From Catajapyx aquilonaris (lineage: Eukaryota), in the NCBI GenBank assembly GCA_000934665.2, contig JYFJ02002837.1:1-50001 (forward strand): a stretch of 50,001 bases of DNA. Direction: 5' to 3'. The translations under genes and the position numbers were made by a program. Positions 41,271-50,001 of the stretch are shown piece by piece; position 1 is the first letter of the stretch, and each line of letters starts with the position of its first letter. A model generated the notes under the pieces. The model had not been told where the DNA came from and did no database searches. It saw only the letters and a list, made by a program, of their open reading frames with translations.

Positions 41271-42287
41271 ATACCGCCCTGGTGTATTTCCATCATCTCG
41301 TCAAAACTGTTACAACAGGTGTAAAGCAAAGTCGCCGATGGAACAACAACAGTTCCGACCGACCCTCACCCGAATATAGCCGACAGTGACAGTGAACGTG
41401 AAGGGAGAAGCTGGTAAATAAACAATTGCAGCCAAAATAAAAAGCAATGGGTCAACTGGGTTGCAGTGTATGTTGTGTAGCACATATTCTTTCACATTCA
41501 TCTGTAGAGGTCCAACTGATGCTATTTATATGCACTGGCGATTTGATAGGTAGCCTACACATTCTGGTGTCTGCTTACAGAATAGCCGGCTACTGTAAAT
41601 ACACTGCAGTTTATTTTGGTCCCTTCTGATGGGCAGCTATATAGGACACCTACAGTCTGACAGTGCGGAGTGTTTCCATCTGATTGAAGAACTTGTTATA
41701 CAGCGTGCGTGGAAATACAAGCGAAGCACTCACGAGAGAGAGGAAAATTACGTCGGGTGAGAATTACAAGGTTGTAACTACACAGGATTTTCATTGCAGT
41801 TACAACCATGTAATTCTCACCCGACGATTAGTTAATTATTTTTTGAAGGTGGTCACAGTTCTCTTCACCACATGACTGGTTGAATATATAACCTTCCTTT
41901 ATATCACGGCAGAGGAGTGTTAAAACACATCTTGCCCATCATGCTTATACTACTCCAATATACTGCTGAATAATAATTGTGAGTACAATACCACCGTTTA
42001 ATTGGAAGACTAACTCGTAAGAGAATGGATTCATATCACCAGCAGTGCATGTTTTCATAATATTGTTTCAAATACTTTTAGACGGTATTAATTGTACAGT
42101 ATTAATTTTTAAAGCACGCTACAAAATACGTTCGAGCTTATTTTAAACCAAGCCATTCACTGAGTGGTAACGGAGACCGAACGTAAAGAAAGTCTTCTCC
42201 TGACATAAAATGATAAGAGCAAATAAACAACATATGAGTGGTAAAAATAGCTGTAATTCGTATTAGGTTTCATTATTGTATGACTCT

Positions 42288-44304
42288 TCATTGAACTACC
42301 ATGTCGTCGTCCTTCTCTACACGCCTCTTCTTGGCCGGATTGGAGCAAACTGCCTTAGGCATTATCTGCTTCTGTGGGATGGAGACAATTTAGACACCAA
42401 TCAGTGTGAGAAACGTAACAATTCCTGTCGTGACACTCACCACAATGTCCATCAGCGAATCAATCACAGTTTTTATGTCTTCAGTCATGAGCAGGGAGTT
42501 TTCCACGTGAATCAAGTGCATTTTCTTTAGCTCCTCTCGGTTGGCCCTGGCCCTTTCCCAGTCGGTCTCTCGCCTTTCCCTGTAATAGCTCCAAAACTTC
42601 TCGTGCGAATTCCAAGTCTCTTCAGAAATTTCAGTCTTCAGAATGTCGGTTCCAACGGAGTAGTAGGCTTCACTGTAGTCTTTGGTCAGCATGGACCAAG
42701 AAATCAGAACCAACACGTCCGCATTATGTGGAGCGTTCAGCAGCTTCTCTTCGTAGATCTGTAGATACCCATCCTGAAAATGTTTGCAATCAACGTTTGA
42801 TTCGTGGACATGAACACAATTTTCAAGCAGGAGACTGTACAGTGTGTATTGTGTACCGGGTCGTAATATTTCTCCATATCCTCTCTGCAGGATGATAAAG
42901 CCAGGCGAGTGATCATCAAGTCGAACTCCAATAGAAATCGCTGTCGGAGCTCCTCGTTTTTCACCTCCTTCGCGCAGAGGTGTGCTGCCATGCACATGTC
43001 GTCGCCGAATAAAAAGTCCATTTCCTGTGTGACACCAATGCCGTTTAAATACTTGAATTTACACTCAATTGACGTGTCAGTACCTCAAGGAAATCCTGGC
43101 TCTCCTTCTCCCATGCGAAAAGCAATTCCCACTGCTGAGCGAGACCTGTCCGTACTCCTTCCATATATTTGGGATACAAAACGTCTCTGTAATGAGCGTG
43201 TTGATCGATGACATCCTGAGGCACCTTTTCAAAAAAAATATGTCAGTATGAATTTGAAAATCTTCACTTGTTTCATTGTGTGTGAGCGGTGAGAAATCTT
43301 TTGGTATATTTTGTCCTTTAATAATAATAATAATAATAATAATTCATACCCCGTTATCAGCCTATCGGCTCTTTAGGGGGGAAGTTTTTGTTTTGGCTGG
43401 AACTCTTTGCTTTCATTTTACTACGCTTTTTGGGATAGGATAGGGACGGAAGGAAGCGGCTGTGGCCTATTAATTACGGAAGCAACTCCGGAATTTTCCT
43501 GGAAGGACCGTGGGAAACCACAGAAAACCACGGTCAGAGTTGCCGGCACCGGGATTTGATCCCAGGACCTCCCGATTAGCAGTCGGACGCCTTATCCACT
43601 ATGCCAACCGGCTTCGGTGTATTTTGTCCTTTAATTGCACGCCAGGAGTTGATTGTTGATTTTATTTGATTGTTCCAACTGGTTCCTATAATTATGATGG
43701 TAGACCTGGAAACAGCTAGCCAATAGATTGCCAACAATCAACTAACAATCAACTAAAATCAACAATCGACTACTGGCGTGCAGTTGACGGAATAGTACAA
43801 TTTTTTTATAGTACTGATGATGAAAAGTGGAATTCAGGCGAAATAATTACTGATTAGATAAATTAACAAAATTGAGGTCAATCTCGAAGCATGTCAGCTA
43901 ATGAGCCAAGCAAACACACAGTACATAATTCATTCGATCCCAACACTCCGATACGCCCCATGTGAATGAAGTCTTACCTTTGCAAATGCTGACTCCGGAA
44001 TGTCTTCGTAGCTCGTATAGTGCAATTCCAAGCATTTCTCAATGCCGGTCAAAATTTCTCTTTGCTCGCGATAGACTGCCCTTATTGAGCGGTCATTATC
44101 TACGGTAATCATGAGCTCTAGTTCTTGGACTGTTACCTGGAGCTGCTGCAACCTCCCCTGCAATGATCAAAAGAATCTTATATTTACTCGTGCTTGCCCT
44201 TTCTGAAGCGCACTGGATAGATCACTTACACGAACGTTGCCCAGGATTTCGCTGGCTTCCTTCAGCATGTTCCAATACTCTCCAGTAGAAACTCGACGGT
44301 CCAT
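42288..44304 (-). CDS. Unknown-family paralogue B, 6 exons, ~326 aa, helical-looking, C-terminal NLS-like PAKKRRV
   Basis: Exons 44304-44230, 44157-43978, 43224-43084, 43024-42857, 42773-42441 and 42371-42288, all GT-AG phase 0 with no internal stops. Homologous to paralogue C exon by exon. Confidence 0.75.
43323..43619 (-). mobile_element. Full-length tRNA-derived SINE with (ATT)n tail and 16-bp target-site duplication
   Basis: Minus-strand head GCCGGTTGGCATAGTGGATAAGGCGTCCGACTGCTAATCGGGAGGTCCTGGGATCAAATCCCGGTGCCGGC has A- and B-box-like motifs. Tail at 43323-43343; TSD tattttgtcctttaat at 43307-43322 and 43620-43635. Lies in intron 2 of paralogue B. Confidence 0.88.
43636..43782. mobile_element. 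MITE-like element with 39-bp terminal inverted repeats
   Basis: 43636-43674 versus the reverse complement of 43744-43782: 3 mismatches in 39 nt. Confidence 0.65.
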
Positions 44305-45016
44305 TTCGAGCTCACAGAAACTGGTTTGATGCTCTGTAAAAAAAAAAATGCGTGTGGAACGTGATACGTTCCGTCCGACTCTCAACAGGCTAGAACTGAG
44401 ACTGACATGACAGTGAGTCTGTTGGTAAATAAACAAGGGAGCCAAATGTTATGCAGTCTTTGGTTGATATAGGCAACCGGGTTTACTGAAGAGAAAAATA
44501 TGCTCATAAGTTCCACATAAAAACGATCAGCTTACTAGAGCCCAGGAACCTGTTCATGCTGGCCATAGTATAGGTCAAAAATGATTATTATCAATGCAGC
44601 ACTTGCATTCCGAATTGTTTTTTAGTTACACTTACTGAATTTGTAATTACGTCGTATGTGACACAGCCTGCATACTTGCCTGTCTTTTGCTCATCTCCCA
44701 TGATGTTTCGCTGAGGTTTACGACAGTTTGTGTAATGCTAATAATTATCGAAAAGAGTTGCTCCAGATATTTTACCTGAAATTTTCCACCACCTCGAAGT
44801 CCTCCTGTTAGCTGAATACACAATCATGTAATTATTTGTTAGGATTGTACTAGCTTTTATTACGCATTTACAAAGCACTGCATTGCTTGTTGTAAACCAA
44901 GTCGTACAGGAGATATACCGGAGATAGCCGAATGCTATGTATAATGTAAAAAATGAAAGTAAACAAAAATGACGGCTCTACACATCGGAATACTCTGTGA
45001 CTCCTTCTTGAACGAT

Positions 45017-46829
45017 CTAGTCTTCGCCAGACATGTCGTGGTCCTCCACGTTCATCTTCTTTGCCGGAATTGGGCAGTCATCCTGCACATTCACACTCTT
45101 TTTTGGAATTGGACAGCAGTAGCTCTGCATATTACACAGCCTCTTTTCCGGAATTGGACAATCATCCGGCACGTGCATCCTCTTCCCCAGAATTGGGCCA
45201 TCGTCACTATGCACCACCGCCTTCATCTTCTGAGGTGAAAGAGTTACAGTCAGTAAACAACGAGACAACTGTGCACTATATCACATAGGGAGTAAAGTCG
45301 CATAATATTTACCGCAAGGCCATAGATGAAGTCCAGCTTTCTTCTCGCTGCCTTGGCCATTGATATGGTGTCTCTTATTCCAGCTATACTCTTGTCTACC
45401 ATCTTCCGCCTCATATCCCAGGCTTTGTTCCACGCAGAATCCCTCACTTCCTTGTACGAGTTCCACAACATCTCGTGCCATTTTGCAGTCCCTTCAGAAA
45501 AGTGCGGCTTCAGATAGCCACATTCAGAATCATAGACGATGCTGTAGTCGTGCTTCAGAAAGTGGGGGGAAATCGCCAGCAGGAGGGCATAAATGTGCAT
45601 GGCACTTCTCAGTTCCTCCTCCACGTGCTGCAGAAATTCGCGGAAAGAAAAAAAAATGGTATGAAAAGGGGAAACTCAGAATTTTATGCAACCCTCCCTC
45701 AGAAGGTTATGTCGCAGTTGTGTTATTCCAGACCTGTACATCGAAGTTCTGCTCCTTCCCGCGAAGTGATAGAAAGATGTGCCCGAATACTAATCGCAGT
45801 TCGATGAAAAAATTGGATCGCATTGGCTCATTTTCCATCTCTTCCCCAATCAAGTCATACACCGCCTGGCACATGTCATGGCTGAATTGATGGCTTATGT
45901 CCTATATGTGGGATTTAAAATATTGTTTACACACTACTTCTCAAACGTAATCCGTGGTTGATTATAAATGGCATTGAATATTGGTACAGTACAGCGAGAT
46001 TCATCTGGTGATCTGCCTTCATTCTAGCAGTGCGTTCCATCTCACCCAAGATGCACACAAATAAGTCAGTTAGGTCAGTATGCAGCGCGTGCATACTACA
46101 AAAACTCTCTGTCTGAAAAGTGGTTATAAAAATTATTATTAGTATTATTATTAGTATACTGCCAAAAAAAAACACCATGTGTTTACGTTGTGTATTCTGA
46201 GACAGGATATTGTGATGTCCTAATTTGATTGCAGAGTATGCATTGGGAGCACATAAGTCCTAAATAATTCTCAATTCAAAACGTTAATTTGAGTTAAATA
46301 CTTGTATGAAACATTATGAACATCAGGTGTAAGCAGTGCTGTTTAGGGAAAATAATAGGCAATCCATTTACTTTCACTTGTGCAACCAGACCTCAGGTAA
46401 TTGCATTCAAGCAAGCCTGTCAGTTTAACAACACTATTGACGATTGTTCTTCAAGTTGTTGAATAATAGTACTTCACAACTTTAAAAAAGTATTGGTATG
46501 ATCGTAAAACATACTTCTCCCCATGCTGATTGCGAGATGATTTGGAGGCTATCAATCTGCATAGTTAATGAATCCTTCAAGCGTGACAAAATCTGACTAT
46601 GCTCTTCAAGGATTTCCTGCACTTGTTGGTCTTTCTTGATGTCAATCAAGGTCCCCACTAGTTTAGCCTTCCTGACCAAGTCGGGCAGAATCACCTAAAA
46701 TGAACAAGCGCAATGTTTCTGCTTATATTTCAGGAGACATTCTGGACCATGACTTACAGGTAGACCGTCCAGGTGATTGTAAGCTTTCTTCAGCCGGTGC
46801 CAGGGTTCACCTGCGCCGTATTTGTCCAT
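45017..46829 (-). CDS. Unknown-family paralogue C, 6 exons, ~355 aa
   Basis: Exons 46829-46758, 46694-46515, 46112-45993 (donor least certain), 45901-45734, 45627-45313 and 45229-45017, all phase 0. Exons 2 and 4 are 180 and 168 nt, exactly as in B. FSHDMCQA aligns with FGDDMCMA, and HEMLW..Y...RDSAWNKA with HEKFW..Y...RETDWERA. Confidence 0.72.
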
Positions 46830-47615
46830 TCCCAGCATGTAAAAACTAATGACTGCCTGTGAGACAAAGTTTCGGATGGAAAGCAAAAAAGTTCAGTCCG
46901 TCTGAAACTCTCCAGCAGGCGACAGTGAAACGCGACGGTGTAACCATAGGAATCTATTGGTAAACAACTATAGCCAAAATCATCCTTTTCGAGTGCAAGA
47001 CCATATCCATGGTACGTACTTACCAAATGATTGAAGTGCACGAATGTCCTTCACCCCTCTTCACCAAGTACCTCAACAGCATTCTCTTGCAGTGAACAGT
47101 CACGACTCTCGAATTTCCAATCATGGCGGACATTCACTTCTGGGCTAAAATCCCGATGACTTACGAAAAGTGTTTTTTTTTTTTTAGTTCGACAAATTCA
47201 TACAAAGGTGGCCAGAAGCCTCCGCCATTGCCCTGGACCATTATTAGATCTTCAACACAGTGGAATATCAAAGAATTAAGCAACAACTTAGGCGTACCTC
47301 AGTAACAGGCTATACTTTCGCTGCCCCTTTATAGACACTGTGTAAAAAAAAATCGAAAAATTGTTGTCCCTTTCTACACTACTGCCACTCTTAGAGGGAA
47401 AGTAGTACTACATGCACGTTGGTGATGAGTCACCGCGCGGACGAAGCCCACCAGGGGGCTATAACCAGCACGTATCTCGCCTCCATTGAAGTGAGTCCCA
47501 CCCTCTCTGACCGCTATTATTATGTGCTCTAATTATTGAACGGGGAAAGTGAAACTGTAGGCCATGATCATTAGCACTTTGAGAATATATGACCAATGAG
47601 TGTGAGTCTTCACTT

Positions 47616-48959
47616 TTATTTCACCTTGTCGATTGTTGGAATGTTGTATGGTTTATATTGACGGTGTCGAGGCTGAGCTGCGACGTCATTCCTCTTGAGC
47701 AGACTTTTGGGCAGAGTGCTGGCCCTGCTGAACGTGTTGTCCAAACGGACGAAGACGTCTTCTCTTTGGTGCTGCATGGAGTGATGGACATGCACCCTCC
47801 ACTTCTTTTCACTCAACATCCTCCACTTCGTTTCACTCAACATCCTCTGATTGAACTCCTTCTCCTTCTCTATCTCGATGGTCGCCTCAAGTATATCCCT
47901 GTCCAGGAGCATCACCTCATTCCTCTTGCTCGTTACCTATACCCACGAAGAAGGTGAAAACAATTCAATTCACACGAACTGTCAAATGGATTTAAACTGC
48001 CTTTAATTCGACTGTTGTTCTCACCTGCATGCTCAGGGCGTTGATGGTGGCGTCGAGCTCCTTAGACCGTCGTTTTCTTTCCAGCTTCTGTGGGGTGCAC
48101 TCTTCTTCCTCCTCCTCCTCCTCCTCCTCCTTCTCCTCTTCCTCCTCTTCTTCTCCTGCTTCTTCTTCTTCTGAATCATTCTCGCGCTCGGTTTCCTGCA
48201 AGAGTAACTTCCTCTGTGCTTCGGCTTCCTCCAAGAGTAACTTCCTCTGTGCTTCGGCTTTAGTGAAGCCAATAGTACATGACATGCCTTTGACATTATA
48301 TTGCCAAGTGATATAACTTACCCAGAAGAAGCTCTTTGTTCTCCAGCTCTTTCTTCCGGATTTCCTTCGTGCGGTCGGCCTCGTAGGCATCAACCTTGAC
48401 CTTCAACTTCTTGAGGAATTCCTGTATGGCCCCTGGCTGTCCTTCGGCCAGACTAGTGATCATTCCCTCAGAGATACGGCAGTTGAACTTCCCCAGAACC
48501 TGCGAATTTTAAAGCTGCTGATGCCATGATTTTACACATTTGGTAATTTTGTGCTAAATGTGACATTTGGTACGCATCTTAGCTCGTGTCAAACTAAGAC
48601 ATATCTGCATCTCCCCATTTCAAAAGCGTCGAAGGCGACTCACATGTGTGTTGAGGAACCTCCAATTGGTCATCTTCCCTACGATGCTGTTCCTGCTATA
48701 ATAGTTGTTTAAATTCACGTATCTTGGGAAGATGGAGTGTATCAATTGGGAGACCAGGACTGTGGACAGAACATGACAGTGCTGAACAGACAGCTAAACA
48801 AAAGGCATTGTTGGACTCACCCGCGTCTGAAAATCTTGCCGAAAACTGCTTGGGAATGGTGCTGGACCGCTTGGTCCTTTTGTCGTATTCCTTCAGCCAA
48901 CGCTGAATGGGGCATTCAACATTATTGTGATCAATTTGGTTCGGTTTTACGGCATCCAT
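47616..48959 (-). CDS. SPEF1: SPEF1/CLAMP-like protein (N-terminal calponin-homology domain, acidic linker, C-terminal coiled coil), 5 exons, ~328 aa
   Basis: Exons 48959-48821, 48759-48644, 48499-48322, 48257-48025 and 47936-47616 (phases 1,0,1,0). Spliced RFSDAVLVSQLIHSIFPRYVNLNNYYSRNSIVGKMTNWRFLNTHVLGKFN...LAEGQPGAIQEFL matches the SPEF1 pattern as I recall it (DFSDGVLVAE..K.YFP..V..HNY...NS...K..NW..LN.KVL). Orthology is untested. Confidence 0.82.
48101..48172 (-). repeat. Coding GAG/GAA tract (poly-Glu) in the SPEF1-like gene
   Basis: Directly visible; translates as SEEEEAGEEEEEEEKEEEEEEEEE. Confidence 0.9.
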
Positions 48960-49385
48960 AGTTATAAAAGTAAAATATAATTATATGAGTCGCTTTCCTG
49001 AAGGAACTGCCCCTGTTCCGACAGATTACTCTGGCATTATTAGTTGGTTTCCACGGTGCCCTGTTGGGGACCTTGAAAGTGACACAATCATGCGTTGTTA
49101 AGTGGAATTGGATTCATTGCACACTCTAAAGAAAAATATCATGCACTGAATGTTTTACATGCTAATTGACGAATGAGCTATTTTTATCAGCCGGTTATTT
49201 TTATTCACATGCTACAATGTAGTACTCCCGGGAGTCTTGTAAACTGTCGTTCAAAGGAAGAATTGAGACCGAACGTGATTGTAAGTATCCGACGCGTTGC
49301 ATTACAAACAGCTGCTTAAAACAAGTTTTAAAAATATTGAATCGTGAATCAGGTCTCATTAATGCGTGACTCTTCGTTGAACGAC

Positions 49386-49532
49386 CTAGCCGGACATGTC
49401 GTCGTCCTTACGCATCCTCTTCTCCGGTATTGGACAGCAGTCCTGCATGGTCATCTTATTCTTCGCAGGTGTTGAGCAAACCACCAATGGCTGTACCATG
49501 TGAAGTTGAGGTAAGGCAGTTCTAACATCAGT
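49386..49532 (-). CDS. Terminal exon of a fourth paralogue D (remainder probably beyond the window end)
   Basis: ctcacAG| then TDVRTALPQLHMVQPLVVCSTPAKNKMTMQDCCPIPEKRMRKDDDMSG*. Matches the last exons of B (VCSNPAKKRRVEKDDDM) and C (CCPIP, CPIPEKR, DHDMSG). Confidence 0.65.
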   Translation of the reverse strand, partial: TDVRTALPQLHMVQPLVVCSTPAKNKMTMQDCCPIPEKRMRKDDDMSG

Positions 49533-49660
49533 CTGTGAGCAAAGTATGATGTAATAATATATATAATAGATGCCCAGTCACAACTAATGCCGTGACAGTC
49601 AGGGACGTCGGAAGTCATTTCTAACTGTGGGGGCGAACCTCAGAACTCAAAATGTACGGG

Positions 49661-49663
49661 NNN
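49661..49663. other. Assembly ambiguity (NNN) inside a poly-G run
   Basis: Directly visible. Confidence 0.99.
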
Positions 49664-50001
49664 GGGGGGGGGGGGGGGGGCTGGTAAGGAGGAACATACA
49701 CTGATCCGTGTTGTGGATTATCTGTGCATCGCCAAGAGGAAAAGTGAGAAATCGAAGTAGGAACGATGTACATATGTTTTGCAGAGAAAGAAATGATAGC
49801 ACACGGCAGGGGCGTAGCAAGAGGATTAGGCGGATTAGGCATCCCGGGCGACGGGGAATAGACGCACGCACCCCCATCATGAATGATGGAAGGCAAAGAA
49901 GCACCCCGCCGCAGGCGAAATTTTTTTGGGGTATAAGGTCACACAAACTTAGGTGAATGTTACAGTAAGTGTTACCAAGAGCTAATGGTGTTACCAATTA
50001 G

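Noticed and set aside
43545..43615. tRNA-Ser(GCT)-like gene
   Set aside because: Degenerate B-box/T-arm, no Ser variable arm, and it continues into a SINE body, tail and TSD.
1..50001. Prokaryotic systems (CRISPR arrays, operons, defence islands), prompted by the bacterial-type WS/DGAT
   Set aside because: No repeat-spacer array was seen, coding density is low, and spliceosomal introns and SINEs show eukaryotic nuclear DNA.

Overview
Eukaryotic, intron-containing, repeat-littered animal DNA, probably arthropod (inferred from SINE style and gene content; species not determinable). All supportable genes are on the minus strand. (1) A ~21 kb spliced WS/DGAT-family (wax ester synthase/diacylglycerol acyltransferase) gene at 3198-23889 has 8 phase-compatible exons (~661 codons; 3' end unresolved). 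Its HHxxxDG motif reads HQCLADG, and it has an N-terminal hydrophobic segment and a C-terminal coiled-coil extension. (2) A compact tandem array at ~40.8-49.5 kb holds at least four paralogues of a family I cannot name: two complete 6-exon copies, one internally deleted copy, and the last exon of a fourth. They share exon sizes, a variable-copy basic NLS-like C-terminal repeat and an upstream forkhead-like motif. (3) A 5-exon SPEF1/CLAMP-like calponin-homology gene is embedded in that array. There is also a full-length tRNA-derived SINE with a 16-bp TSD, several MITE-like inverted repeats, and probable decayed Mutator-type transposase remnants. No clear intact gene was seen at ~24-40.7 kb. Gene models were built by hand from GT-AG sites and reading phase, without database or transcript evidence.
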